Assembly: GCF_023055435.1 (NCBI RefSeq)
Contig: NW_025963846.1
Span: forward strand, 22,320,001 to 22,384,000
DNA from: Haliotis rufescens
Taxonomy: Eukaryota
Length of the DNA stretch: 64,000 bases
Reading direction: 5' to 3'
A program made the position numbers and the translations under genes. Every line of letters starts with the position of its first letter. The stretch's first letter is position 1. The notes below the pieces were generated by a model. The model had not been told where the DNA came from. It worked only from the letters and a program-made list of their open reading frames with translations, and did no database searches. Below are positions 37,451 to 52,900 of the stretch, one piece after another.

Positions 37451-40400
37451 TGTCTGGCAATTTCGTGTGTGTTATTCCTGTTTGTGGCATATCCCGGGGT
37501 AGAATGCTTGCCGAAAAGGTGACTATGCCTGTAATAGGCGACTAACAGGATCGGGTGGTCAGGCTTGCTGACTTGGTTGATGCATGTCATCGTATCTCAG
37601 ATCGATGCTCATGATGTTAATCACTGGATTGTCTGGTCCCAACTCGCTTATTTACAGGCCACTGTAATTTAGCAGGAATATTGCTTGTTAGACAACCAAC
37701 AAACATAAGCTGACATTGATTTTAAGCATGCCGAGACATTGCGTAAGAGTTATTTACGGTAAACAAACGTGTTTTGATGAGAATCCGATAGCTAAACAAT
37801 CACTGGAAGTAGTTTACATTTAAAAAACAACAACATGTGCATGAGTGAACATACACTTGCAAATTGTGAATCATGACCTTAAAGTCGAGATATCTACATT
37901 AATATGTATTGAAACATACATGATTTAGTTTCAGAATATATTTATTGAGCTTTTTAAGTGAGTTCGGTTTTTAACACCGCTTTTAACAGTATTCCAGTTA
38001 TATGGCTGAGCGGAGTGTCAGCTTAATGGGGAAAGCCTGAAGTGATGAGGGTCTCAGACGTTTATCACTTCGGTGAAACCCACGAGCACCGGTATGGTGC
38101 TGACAAACCAAGAAACATAATCAGGGCGAACAGGGATTCGAACCAACAATCATAGGATTCTGACGTGCCCAAGGGACGCAACTCTGTACAACGAATCGCG
38201 ACGCCTAAGACAACTGAGCCACCTGTGCCCCCTTGAACTTTATAAGATACTTTTTTAGTTAGTACATACATCACATCACCACCCATAACTTACTCCATTT
38301 TACAAGTTAGCCACGATCGTGCGTCATTGTGCCGAAAAGGTATGGATGCTTTCAGTCACTGGTTTGCCTGGTCCAGACTTGATTATCTTAGGGTCGCCAT
38401 GACGCAGCTGGAACAGTGTGTTGAAGCTTTACCAGGTTGGGAACACAGCTCGTTGTGACCAATAATCCAAATAATTGTATGTTGTAGCAAGTGAACTTCT
38501 TTTGACAACAGCTATCCTTAATAATAATTGCCATCACAAATTGTTTTAATTTCTCTGGCAACCACAATAAAAAATATGTTGTTTGTTACTAACCCTTCTG
38601 GGACATGTTTTGTTAAGATAATTTAATGTGTTGATACATAACTGACCCGTGAAGATGCTTGCCATAAAAAAACCACTATGCTTGTCAGAGGCGACTGACT
38701 GAGTGGTCAGGCTCGCTGACTTGGTTGATGCATGTCATCGTATCCCAATTCCGTGAATCAATGCTTATGATGTCAATCACTGGATTGTATGGTCCAGACT
38801 CGATTATTTTCAGACCACCATCATATACCAGCGAACAAACAAACGATACATAACTAAAGTGCGGCTGGGCTACTAGACAATACATAACTTCTCTTATTTC
38901 TGTGTGCATTGTAGTTTTGTACCCACTATTTCATTGATGCCCAGTGGAGACTGCGGGTAGATTGTGTCCGCAGCACTCACAATTTCTTGTCCTGAAAGTC
39001 GACTAAGGTGGGAATCAGTGTGGACTCCAGGTTCGAATGTCCCAAGCACCCTGTAGCCTGTTCTTGACAGTCGGTCGGGTAGCCTAGTGGTTAAAGCGTT
39101 CGCTCGTCACGCCGAAGACCCGGGTTCCATTCCCGACATGGGTACAATGTGTGAAGCCCATTTCTGGTGTCCCCCCGCCGTGATATTGTTGGAATATTGC
39201 TAAAAGCGCCGTAAAACCATACTCACTCACTGTTCTTGACAGGTGACCTCATGGTTCGCATGGTCATGCAGGCTCGGTCACTAGGTTGATGGTGTCTACC
39301 TACAGACAGCGTGAATCATTGCTCAAATCTACCACTGGAATATTGCAAAGAGCCGCCTTATACACACTCACTTCATTGTTGAATCAGTCTAAAGGCAAAA
39401 ATCTCTGGGACCCTTGTTCCTATTTTTCATGTAATTTTTTAGAAGCATAGCTCATCTTTACATGGTGCAGTGTTGTATGCAGGTGTTGGGTATATAAAGC
39501 AGGTCATATTTACATGACTTCTGTATTGAGGCAAATAATTAATAACAAAGTAAAATACCATTCATAATGGGTCAGATTCCATTCACCAAGTGAATACTCA
39601 TGCAACTTGATCTTTGGTGCCATGTGCACTCAAATTTCCTTCTCAGCCCCATGGGGAGTATACAAACCAAGCTGCTGTACGAGGTGCTGGAGTCATACTA
39701 CCATCTCATCCTGTCCAGTCATTGTTAGATGTCCACAGGCAGGGTTAGAACTCAACTCAAAAGCTTTACTAGGCTGGGTAAAGATAAAATGCTGGGGAAA
39801 TTTGAACTAGGCCTAAGAATTTGTACTAGCCCTAGACTAGCAGGCTAGTGTTTGTGTTGGCAAGTTCTAACCCATCTTCCCTATTTAAGCATGTCCACTA
39901 GCCTATATATCAAAGCCTAGTTTCTAGCTTTGCCACATCAAGGCCACTTTTCTTGGCTTGACGCCTGGTGCCCTTTCATGTAGATCACGAGTTGTGCCCC
40001 TTGTTATGAAAACGCAATATCCAATCAGATCGCTGTTCATATTTAGTCGATCAGAAAACTAAAACATTCGCGATTTCATCCCTGACACAAAAACATAGGC
40101 AATCGTTGGGGGAAAAAGGCGTGTCAACAAAGTAAATCACTTTCATACGAAGGTGTATCAGTCGTGGATATTAATTTTGTGAAATGTTCTCTGATTGGAC
40201 TATTGATATGTGTGATAGTCCAATCATATTTAGCACAGGAAATTGGGCTTGATGTGGCAAGGGCGGAAACAAAACTTTGATAAAAAGGCTTGTGGACGCT
40301 CTTGCCTTCGGGAAGACGGTTCTAGGTGAGGTGAAATGGGGTTCAACGTCGCGTCCAAGATTATTGCAGTAATAAAGCAACGTGCATGCACGTGTGTGCA

Positions 40401-40964
40401 TGGCTGCTTGTACTAGTCCGGACTGATGCCGATTTATAGTGCTAGCTCACTGAGATACCATGCCGCAGTTTAACATGAATACCCCACTAAGACACAGTAT
40501 ACTGACTCCGAGCCAATCACTCTTTGTTTTAGCCCCTAGCCAGGCAGGGTAGCAACAAGTACCATCTTTTAATGTCTTTTGATATGACACGGTCGGGGAT
40601 CAAATCCCGGACCTTCCGCTCTCCGGGCGGACGCTCTACCACTAGACCATGGAGGCGGTCGGAAGATGGTTCTAACCCTGAGAGGCATAGTTTGAAGAAA
40701 GTCACTTGCCTAAGGAGACACGACATGGTTTACTTGTGCTTCAGAGTGGGTCAGGACCGAAGCCCTAGAAACTCTCAGGAGTCAAGCTGCTAAAATTGAG
40801 TAGCCTTGAACCATCTACAAGTTTCATTGACAAAAACAAAAGTTTAAAAGGTTCATATTTTATACCATGATAAGTACATTGTGATGAATTGTGTAGACAT
40901 GACTGAATCGGGAACATATGTACACTGTACAAGATTTACAAAAAATACAATTGGGTTTCCAAGG

Positions 40965-43900
40965 TTAATCTTGTTCATTGTATCGAGCGAAGAAGGTTTT
41001 CTTGACGGCATCTTTGTACGAGTCTCCAACTTCTGAGATAACATTGGAACCACTCAGTCCTAGACCTGTGTTCTGAACCCGACGTTTTGCCTGAAGAAAG
41101 AAACTTGTCGTGTATGATCAAATATCGCCTTCATGAACACGCAACATGACGCTATATGTAACTACAGTCCTCACCAGTTTTGGGGTTGTCAACCTGGTTA
41201 CTTTAGTAAATACAATAGTCTTCTCCTTAATAGAACTATTTCTCCAGAATTACCAGGAAGTTCTGATTTAATTTCCACTTCACGGAGGAAGAGTTACACC
41301 AAAGCTTCAAATCACTTACATTATACATTTGATTTGATGAACTGTTTCTTAATCAGCAGTTGATGCATTTGACTTTAGGAGTTAAACATCAAACAACAAA
41401 CATCATCCACATAACATCTTTAAAAATTGACTGAAATCTTAACAAAAATAACCAAGGTAGTCCTTATGACAAAGGTTCTAGATGTCCTTTAATGACAAGC
41501 AACAGAGGCAGACAAGGAACAAGAAGAAACGTGTCAATCCCACCAGTTACACACACAGTCTGACCTGAATGGGGTCGACAATGCCCTGGGATTTCTTGCC
41601 AAGCCCCATGCCCTCTGACCATCCCATCTTCTGCATGAGTTTATTGCCGATGTTTTCACCGCCAAGCCCTGCCTTGGTTGGCTCTTCATAACTGTAACAA
41701 CCAACACCACCTTTGACTGCAGGACTGGCAGAGATTCCATCACCAACAAACATTTCACCCATAGCTTACTCTCCGACATCGTCACCCATCAACATGAGAG
41801 GACTCCGATGCTCCATCGTATAGCAATGGAGTAAAGTTTTGGATACATATTAAATCTTGCCTCCTGGACAATTCTGGTGTGATGAACTTACACTGCAGGT
41901 GCCTGATAACGGTTTCTCGGTTCAGGTGGTTGAGGAGCACCGTATTTCTGACGTCTCTCCTTTGCTCTGTCTCGATACTGAAACAAGTAAAGGAGTTCGA
42001 TTAGCAGAAGGGCACATCTGGTCAAAACAAGTGTTTACCACAACAATGGCTAAGACCCACGCCGTAAACAGGACAGAATAATTTGTGACAATGGATAGTA
42101 TTTCACCTGTATTGGTATTATTATTCTCATTTGGAAGGCCTATTCAAAATTAGTGGTACTGGTATTTATCTTAAGATTTGTTTGTTTAATTCTTGTTCAA
42201 CGCCGCACTCAGCAATATCCGAGCTATATGACGGAGGTCTGTAAATAATGGAGTCTGGACCTGACAATCCAGTGATTGACGTCATGAGCATCAATCCATT
42301 CAATTGGGATGAGATTACATGCATCAACCAAGTCAGCGAGCCTGACCACCAAATCCCGTTAGTCGCCTCCTCAGATAAGCATGGACACCAGAGCAACACA
42401 ATCATTATTAGGTATAAAGAACAAGCTCCATTTATTTTCATTTATGGTGCCAAATCCATGCAGATATTTAGGACATATTTTTCTAACAAACAGTAAATTT
42501 GTCAAATCCTTATCATGATATTTGAAATAAGGTCTGCAAACACCCCCAAAACACATTGGCACATAATCCATACTGCAGTTGTGGAGATAATTCACAAACA
42601 ACATGTGGGGGTGAGGGTAACAAGCAAATAATCAAAATATTCCTGGAGACATGTCTGATTGTTGTTTGTTTTTGGGAAGAGACCAAAGCTCTAGAAACAC
42701 TCAGGAGTCAAGCTGCCGAATGCAGCCCTCCTCCAACTACTCTCTAAGACCAACATTGCTTTAGTTCACCTTACTTGTGACCTGTGGGCTACACACAGGA
42801 CCACATGCCACGTAGAGTGTTTAGCCTATAACACTAGTTTCTTACCTCTTTCTTTTCTTCACTTCCTACTTTACTTCTTTGTAGAGATTCTAGATTTTGC
42901 TGCAACAAAAAATGTATAAAGCACATAATTTAGTTGTATGACGTTTAGGGTACAACATCTTATTTGATCTTCAGTGAAATAGTGTTAACTCGATAACGAC
43001 ATAATCCTGACTTTTGTTTAAGATGATGTGAAGTGATCCTGGCAGGCTTCTAAGCTGCACTGTCTTATCTTGCCACTGTGTCAAACTACAAGTAATTCAA
43101 CACACACCTAATGACCCCAAAGAATGTTTATCTAACAAGATATCCAATATTGCATTTGACATGAATAATCTATCACTGTATTCAGCATTTTATCATTTAG
43201 CATGTATTTCAAACATATATTCTTTACAAATACTTCAAATTCCTACATTTATAACAAAATATATTTCTAATAAATACTTCATATATGTAAATCTACAACA
43301 AAATATATTCCTAAAAATACTTTTGATATTCCTACAGTCACAACAATGAAGTTGATTCCTCAAACATATTCCAAAAGAGTCCAACTCTCACCTTGTGTAA
43401 GTCTGAGAACTGCATGTGTTTTGTCAGGATCTCCTTTGACTGGAACTGTCTCTTGCACAACAAACAGGCCAGTTTGCCCCAGTCCACCAACTTTGTCTCG
43501 TCTAGACGTCCTGAAGACATTGCAGCACCCTGACTGTCGTCATCCTCCTCCTCGTCACTGTCTCCGCCGTAGGATGCCACCAGCCCGGGCTTGCTCCCTG
43601 GGGGAGGTATAGCCACTTTCACACCACCACCCAGCTGTGGAGGAGGGAATCAGGGTAGTGTTAGAAATTATGACTTACAGACATGGGGTTTTAATTACAA
43701 GGTAAAAAGTGAGCAGGACTCATTAATACCCCCGACTTTGACTCCAACATTACATGAAAAAGCAATATTTTCACAACATCTTATTTGATCTACAGTGAAA
43801 TAGTGTCAACTCGTTAACGACATAATCCAGACTTTTGTTTAAGATGACGTCAGGTGATCGGATCTTCACGGGTCACATGCTGTTATAATAAGACAAGTTC

Positions 43901-46900
43901 TACATAAAATGTGTTGATGTCTTACCAAAGGTGGCGGTGGCATCAACTTCTTGTCCTCCCCCTTCTGCAAAGATGGAGAAGTATTAGCAAAATGCAAATT
44001 ACAATGAGTAGATGCACTAAAATGTCTTGATTACTGAAACCTTTTGTCTTGTCCTCAAAATGTTTTCTCCATACAAGGCTCACATGCAAATATTTATACT
44101 TCAACACGATGATACACCTGTTTCACCAGATACACAACATAAAGAATATTATGGGATCTTCAAGAACGTACAGTTTTCTCCAGGATGGCAAATCCTGCAT
44201 CTGCTGTGGCAGACTCTCGCTCTTCCTTCCTCATGCCGCCGATGCCTCCAGTGTTGATGGTGATCTTCCTCGTGCCCTCCTTCATCATCTCCTTCTGGGC
44301 ATTTAGAGACTTGGCCCATTTCTCCATGTCCTGAACAGCCAGAGACACAAAGCATCAAATCTATACCCACACATAAAAGTACTTGCCACATATAAGTGCC
44401 ATTTTTACATTTAAGGGGGGTTTGCTGCTGTGGTATTTGGTTCTAGGGACCCCCTAAATCTGAAACTTTTAACTTTAGGATAATGCCAAGCTCAATTTCA
44501 AAACATGGAGTGTATGAGTTTTTTCCTGTTCTTAGTATATTTATCGCCCTCACTTATAATGTAAACGTCAGTTATTTCTCAACTCTTGACTTTTGTCAAT
44601 AGTCTTCCCTAGCTACTGGCAATTTCTACACAGTGCCCTCACCAGTCTAGCGACACAAGAACATTACAGTATATTCTGCATGAGGTAAACCGGAAGTTTA
44701 CATATCATATTAGCATCTAAATATAGTAACTTCCTGATGACTGCTTACATTAAATAGTACCACATTCCTGATGACTAATCACTGCCAAAATACAATGCAA
44801 TGAGTGTCTAGAGAATCTCAACAGAAACAATGTAAAACAGTCACAATCATTGTTCAACAATAAAATACACTGCCATATAACAATATACAAAATGCAGTCA
44901 AATCGGGAAAGTAAATCATAACTAATGGAAATTTACATATTTACATATCTTCTAGCACCAATAGTGATATGATATAACGAGACCCCTAGAAAGCCTGAAA
45001 TTCTACTGGCCATAAGGATACCTGTAACACTAGACGAACTGTCTCCTGTTAGTGGGCTTGTGTCAAGTTGCAACCTGAAATCCCAGACATGTTTCCAAGC
45101 TGCCACAATGTCCATCCCAGCAAGTAAATGGGGTACTTCTTGCTTACCTTTGCTATTTTCTTGGCTATCTTGACCTTCTCCTTCTTGTCTTTCTTATCCT
45201 TCTTGTCTTCAACTCCATCAAAACTGAGCTCTGTTTGTGAGGGTGCAGGAAGATATGTGGACTTCTCCGCGTCCCAGTACATGAACTGTTGGGTTTGAGG
45301 GTTGTAGAAATACTGCAATGGAGAGACATCATCAAGTGTGAGTTAGTCCGTCAGTACTCAGACAAAACAAAATTATACTATGCTTGGGTAGCTGAAGACT
45401 CAAGCTGAAAACCAAACCAAACCCCAACTTGTCAAGTGCTACAACTATCCAAGTGAGTGAGTATGGTTTTACGCCGCTTTGTGCAATATTCCAGCAATAT
45501 CACGGCGGGGGACACCAGAAATGGGCTTCACACACTATACACATGTCGGGAATCGAACCCGGATCGTCAGCGTGACGAGCGAATGCTTTAACCACTAGGC
45601 TACCCAACCGCCCCGGATATATGGAAGGTTTTGGGGCTATAGAAGAGGATGAAGGTGTGACAAGATAATCTCTCACACATTTCATCCCACAGTTTCATCT
45701 GAGAGTACATCAAGACCAGCTTTCGCATGAAGATCACCCTGGATGCCAAGCCTAGGCCCATCTCGGAAGCTTGACCACCGTCTCCGCTTGGTGAATATGT
45801 ATTATTATCACTGACTTTTGCTATCACCAGTGTATTTTTGTATTTAATACTGACCACTGCCATCATATTATATACTGCCACTGAATATTGTACTACCACT
45901 CTATTGTGTACTGTCATTGTAATTTGTAAACCTAATGAATTTTGTAGTATATTTGTTGAATGTATACCATTTGTTGGTTGTTGGTTGGTTATACACCAAG
46001 TTCTTTTAGGTACAGATTTCTGGGTTAACATATTGTTTAATTTGGAAATTGACACGTAACACCATATCTGAAACCAATACGGTAGCTGTGTATACCAAAT
46101 ATGCAGCAACTATCATCATGGACTTGCCCACAAAACCACTAATCTCTGCGTCAAATATGTGGATTCTGATGTACTGTGAGCCCTGTATGAGTACATATCG
46201 GTTGGTTTTCCATGTATCATGAGTCAAATCAAAACACCCTCCATCTAGCCAATAAAGCTTAAAATCGACTTTGTACACTGGGGCATAAATCATATTGTCA
46301 CACATCCCCAGCATGGAAACCTCGACAAGCCATTCAAAAAGACTTTATGATAAAGCATCTCCAAGCACCTGTGAGGCAAAGTTTCGGAAACAAAAGATTT
46401 CCAAATGGTTATAACATTATCAGGTGCTGAATCACGGGAACCATGATGATTGAAGCAGGTCAATAGAATGTTTGTAGTCAAGCAAAAGCCTTTTTCATAA
46501 AAGTATTTAATAATCCTTTTCAGTAACAACTTGTTGTAACATCCAGTCATATCAACTTTGACCCTTTCAACACACAATCATCTCGATCACAGTTATAATA
46601 AATGTTTCATACATTTTCTTTCACTGCTTGGCAGATATCATTCTTAAAAAAAATAGCATCAAATAGCACTCTATATTGAGACAACTAATCAAGTCATATA
46701 AATCAGAACTGTCATTTCAACAAGTGCAAATGTTACAGGTTCAAATCTAGTCATTGCAGTCACATCCACGTCATGTCACTAATGTTCATGACCAAAACTA
46801 AACATGTGAACTCAACAACCAGTGATCTACGGACTGATCTGATGATCAGAAACAGTGTCTGGTTTCTTAATCCATGCACCTCTGAATTCACAAGTTTGAC

Positions 46901-49900
46901 ATCTCTGCTATAAGCTAGTATTCCTTATAAGTCAGTTTGATATGTTAATGGTGATACCATGGCATCTGTCAGTTATCTACTCCTTTTTTTCTAGTTCCAT
47001 GAGCTGTCTTGATGCCTTTTCATTTGCCTGCTCAAGAAGAATTAGGTATTCATCCGTCCAGGACAAAAAACATGTCAGTTCTTTCTCTGTCCTCCCCATT
47101 CTTGGAAGCCGTATTGATGGATGAGCAACCTCAATGATCCGTGGACGTTTAGGTGCCCGGCTTTTTCTGCTACCTTTTGGCTCACCACTGGAGTAATCAT
47201 CTTCAGTGGCTGCTAGCGCTTTCCCAGCTTCCTTCACCTTACTGCTTCGTCTTGACTGCCTGGATGTCTGTCCACTCAAAACAGTCCTTTTCTTAGTCCC
47301 CTTCTCCTTGGGACCAATGCTTCGTTGACTGCTAGATTTAGTGACATCCTTTGTTATTACTGCTGTTTTCTGATTTGCCTTGGGACCAATGCTTGGTTGG
47401 GTGCTAGGCGGAGTGACAATCTTAGTTAATACACCTGTTTTCAGCTTCTTCTTTCCCTGTGAATCAACACTTGGCTTCCTGCATGGCTGCCGACCAACTA
47501 ACACAGATGTTTTCCGACTTTGTGTTGGCTGCCTGTATGACTGTTGACCAACTAAAACAGACATTTCCTGATTTCCTGTTATCTTCGGATCAATGATTAA
47601 TGCACTATTATCTTCCTTCTCCAAGGAACTCGTGACAACACAAGCACCCTTTGTGACAGACAAAACACTTGATCTGTTCGCTGACTTTGTGGCACTGCTT
47701 GAGGAACATGCCTCACTTTTAGTCAAATCGCTTTCAGCTTCTTTAACATGAGCAGAAATGACGTCTGTAATATCAGTCTTTTCAAACTTGTCCAAACCTA
47801 AGATTTCTTGCGTGAAAGGACCTGGATCTATGAACTGTTTGTTTGGAATACTTTGAGTTTCTAAACACATACCATCAATAATATATTGTGTGTAATTGTG
47901 CTCTTTTTTCATATGTAGTTTGAGAACATTTTGATCAAGTACAATCTCCATGCAATCAGGGCAATTATACATTAATTTTTTAAAGGTGTGTATATTATTC
48001 CAATGATCCCTATAAGCCTTCTGTGTAGTGACAACATAGTTGCAGTTTGGTATTGGGCACTTTTCCATTTCCAATATTGACTGTTTCCGTAGGTGAATAG
48101 AAGACTCATTAGAAACTGCTTCAGTCTCCGGAAAACTTTTCCCTGTCATCTCCGAAGTTCCAGCAACAGTGCTACTCTGGGCAGTCTTAAATTGCCTAGC
48201 ATCAGTAACTACATTTTCAGACACACTTGCTTTTGAAGCATCCTCGTCACGGTTTGAGGGAAGCTTGTCAATGACACTTGAACTTTTCTCAGTTGCAGCC
48301 GTCTCTCTCCAAGATTCTAAACCCAACATCTCCAGAGTATAAGAACCTGGATTCATGAATATATTGTTTGGAACTTGGTGCATTGTGAGGTCCATGGTTT
48401 CTAGTTGTTTTATTTTATACTCGTGCTGCTCTGTCATGTGTTGCTTGATAACAAGTAGATTATTATAAGTACTGCTGCACTGTGAACACTTGTACACTTG
48501 ATGCATTTCCTGATGTTTCTCAACCCAGTGTCTCCTGAAGGCATCCTGACTTGTGATAGCATAGACACATTTTTGTACTGGGCAAATTCCCCGTTTTCTA
48601 AAGGAATGCCACACAGCATTAGATGAGGGTTGAGTTCCTTGTTGAGTTCCTTGTTGAATTGCTGGTGGAGTTGCTGGTGGAGTTGCTTCTTGAGTTTCTG
48701 GTGGAGTTTCTGGTTGAGTTGCTGGCTGAGTTGCTGGCTGAGTTGCTGCTTGAGGTGGTGATTGAGGTTTTGCTTGAGGTGTTCGTTGAGTTGCTGGTCG
48801 AGTTGGTTGTTGAGTTGCTGGTCGAGTTGGTTGTTGAGTTGCTGGTCGAATTGGTTGTTGAGTTGCTGGTCGAGTTGGTTGTTGAGTTGCTGGTCGAGTT
48901 GGTTGTTGAGTTGCTGGTCGAATTGGTTGTTGAGTTGCTGGTCGAGTTGTTGGTCGAGTTGCTTGTTGAGTTGCTGGTCGATTTGCTGACTTGGTTGTTG
49001 AAACCTTAGGTTTGTTTCCCATTACATGTTTGACTGGTTGTGGTGGAATATAAACAGTGTTGACTTGGATTAAATTGGGGTTGCTGTGCTTCTTCCGCTT
49101 TGTTTGTCCTGAAAATACTGGTGTGCTTTCAACCATGGCTGGTGGTTTTCCTTTTACCCCAGCATCGCCTTTCACTTGGGTCTCAGGAGCTTGTACCTGC
49201 AACACAAAGAGAAGACACTTTAGTGAGCTGGAAAATGAGTGTGTGTGCTCATTAAGTGAAGGATTGTAATGACATTGACCATACAACTCACTGAAGTTCA
49301 CCTACAGGCACGAATCCTATATCAATGCAGAGGATCAAAGAGAACATTTGTAGAAATATTTGCACACGAGATAAGTTAGGTAGGTAAGTAAATTATGCAA
49401 GAAAGGTACAGCCACACACATTTGGAATTTAGGGCAACAACGAAAATGTTCAGTCCTGAGTGGGTGAACATTGAGTGAGTTGGGTTTAACGCCGCTTTTA
49501 ACAGTATTCCAGTTATATCACGGCGTGTCAGCTTAATGTGGGAGGAAAGCCCGAAGTGAAGCAGGTCTCTGACGTTTACCACTTCGGTGAAACCCACAAG
49601 CACGGGTATGGTTGCTGACAAACCTAGAAACATAATCAGGGCGAACCGGGATTCGAACCCACAATCATAGGTTTCTGGCGTGCCCAAGGGACGCAACTCT
49701 GCACAGCGAATCGCGGCGCCTTAGACAACTGGGCCACCCGTGCCCCCAGGGTGAACATTGCTTATAGTCAGTCAGCAGTATTCCAGGAATTATATAAATC
49801 TGGGTGAGGAAGACCAGCGACTGTAGCAACAAGAAACAATCAATGTTAACAATAATAAGCCAATAGCCAAGACACCTCACAGCACATACTGGGGTCGATT

Positions 49901-52900
49901 TGACTGCTGGCCCATTGGCCTGTGGCCAGTTAAAATTACAAAGGGCTTGCTGAAATGTAAAGTAAATGGCCCGTCTGGCTAGTCAAAATTTCATCCCTAC
50001 TCGTGTATGTTTAATGTTATTAATTGGATCGTCTCAGTAGGATGACAACTGGCTGACATTTTGTAATGTTGTGTACAACGACTACTTCATCTGCTTATAT
50101 AGTGCCATGAAATGAGGCAAATGGAAGCCAAAAGTTAATCTTAGAGTGCAGAGAAAAACGTTTTAGGCATGAGGAATTCTAAAATTTTCAAAGCCCTGCT
50201 AGCTGGCTACGTGACCTCAGGTACGGCCATTTCGTGGCCTCTACCATGTAGTTGTAGGCCAGTTTGGAGAAGGGCCAGTAACATTTGAAAGGAGCAAGCC
50301 CTGCTGGCTACACACAAATTTGTTGTTAAATCTACCCCTGCACATAGGTTGAGCGAGTTAAAATTTAACGTCCCATCGCCAATATTTTAACTATAAAGCA
50401 ATCCTGCACATAGGAACTGTGCCACATGTGAGGTGAGGTGAAATTGGGTTTAACGTCGCATCCAAGATTATTGCATTTATATAGCGACGTGCATGCACGT
50501 GTATGTGTGTGTGTGGCTGCTTGTACTAGTCCGGACTGATGCCGATTTATAGTGCTAGCTCACTGAGATACCATGCCGCAGTTTAACATGAATACCCCAC
50601 TCAGACACAGTATACTGACTCCGAGCCGACCAGTCCTTGTTTTAGCCCCTTAATGCCGAGCGCCAGACAGGGTAACAACAAGTACAATCTTTTAACGTCT
50701 TTTTGTATGACGCGGCCCGGGATCGAACCCTGGACCTTCCGCTCTCCGGGCGGACGCTCTACCACAAGACCACGGAGGCGGTCTGTGCCACATGTACCAA
50801 ACATGCATATGTCCCTATTACTGCTTCACATACCTTCACTGGCTGAGGACACACTGTATTTCCAGGATCTACATAGGCCTTGTTCTCCCTAGTCTCAGAT
50901 TTCGACAGTTTCAGCAGCAGATCATGTTGCTCCCCCTTGATCCCGTGGACTTTACAGATGTGTGCTGTGAAAGCATGTTTGGAAGGGTAGGCCTTTTTGG
51001 ATCGCTGAAACTGACACTTGGGGTGAGGACAGCTGTATGTAGTGATGGTGGGCTTGTGGACGCTTGACCAATGGTCCCTCAGTTCTACCCATACAAGTTC
51101 AACACTGCAGCTGCTTACTGGGCAGGGTACCTGCAAGAAACAAAGCTGTTCATTGTACTTCCTCATCAAATATTAAACACCGATCAAGGCCTCAAAGTTT
51201 AATTTTTTTTACAAAGAAGCCGTATGGCTACAAATATTTTTTTCCAGGTAGCCAGTGGTAAAATCAAGAAGTCAAGCCAATATTGTAGGTAGCCAAAGGC
51301 ATTTGAAATTATCTTTTATCAAATAACTATTATAACATGCATAACACTAAGTCATAACACCAGTCTATCCAATGAGCTAAAATACTAATCAACGTACATT
51401 AATATATATGTATATCTGTTCATTGTCGACTATAGGAGGTATTATACGCGAGTACAATTATCAGCAGATATTTTTTCCACAATCAGCTGTTATTTATTTT
51501 TGTGTCTTCAAATGCAAAGCAATAGAATTTAGTCGCCACAAGATATTTTTCATAGTAGTCATTTGGCTACCTCTGAATTTTAGACAGTAGACATATTGAA
51601 ATTTAGGTCGAATTGGCGAACGTTTTAGTCTCAACTTTGAGGCCTGTGATCTTTGATGATGCTAATACTTCCTTGTCTGTTACGAGGTACCACAAAAGCA
51701 ATAGGGCAAATGGAATAGAATAACATCTGTCTTTAATAGAGTTGTAAAAGATTTAACCATCACCGAAAATAAACAAATTCTCATAGGAATCTGAATAATT
51801 TCATTACACTCTCTTGAGCTAATAAAATATTTCAGTTCTATCTACTTCTAGTTCCAATGGCTTTGTTATGAAACATCAAGACGCAAGTCATTGTACATAC
51901 CTGCCATGTTCTTTCTTCAATCATTATCTTCCACACTTCCGCTTCTGAACCCGCGCATAAAAGTCACAAAATGACATCGTATTTCGTCTGTTTCTGACAG
52001 AATACCTCATCCCATCGAAACAAAGTAGTAAAAGACTGACACTTTCAACAATTCTACTGGTAGGGTACACTAGGGGTTTTATATCTGCAAGTTCCAGTTT
52101 TGACCTGGAAACATCTTTATAAACAAAGGTTCAACGTCTAAAGCTTCTAAGTATGTACAATGACAAGCTTAGTAAAATCTGAATACTTTTTACATTTGGA
52201 TACTTTTTCTACATTACTACCTTAATGCTAGTACTGCTGTTTTTTTACTTCGGAGACGGAGCTGTAAGAGGTGCTGGCTACAGAAGTTGTTGTACCCACT
52301 AGTTGTGTGGCTTCCTTCCTCCCGGGGATATGCTGGACAATGAACCTCATGTGTAGTCGATCCACTAATTGGAAGTGAGTGAGTGAGTGAGTATGGTTTT
52401 ACGCCGCTTTTAGCAATATTCCAGCAATATCACGGCAGGGGAAACCAGAAATGGGCTTCACAAATTGTACCAATGTCAGGAATCGAACCCGGGTCTTCGG
52501 CGTGACGAGCTAACGCTTTAACCACTAGGCTACCCGACCGCCCCACTACTAGAAGTACTGGAAGATCTGAGATAGCAGGGATGATGAGTGAGGAGTTCAC
52601 AGGTTGCACAGACACCAGGCAACTGGGATGTGTCTGTGGAAATGGCAAGTATTTGGTGCTGATGCCGGGACTACCAATGAGACAGTGATGAGTTCTAATT
52701 CTAGATTGTTTATGTGCCATCAGAGTCGAATGTTTGACCACAGCCTGGAGGCAGTCCTTCAGATGAGCCCACCAGCCGTCATGATGCGTCAACCAACAGG
52801 TGGAGGGAAGGCTTGAGCACTGTCAAGGAGACATCATCACAGAAATCTTACTGTCCACCAATGAATAAACAGGGCCAGAAACATCTGTAGTGGACGTAGT

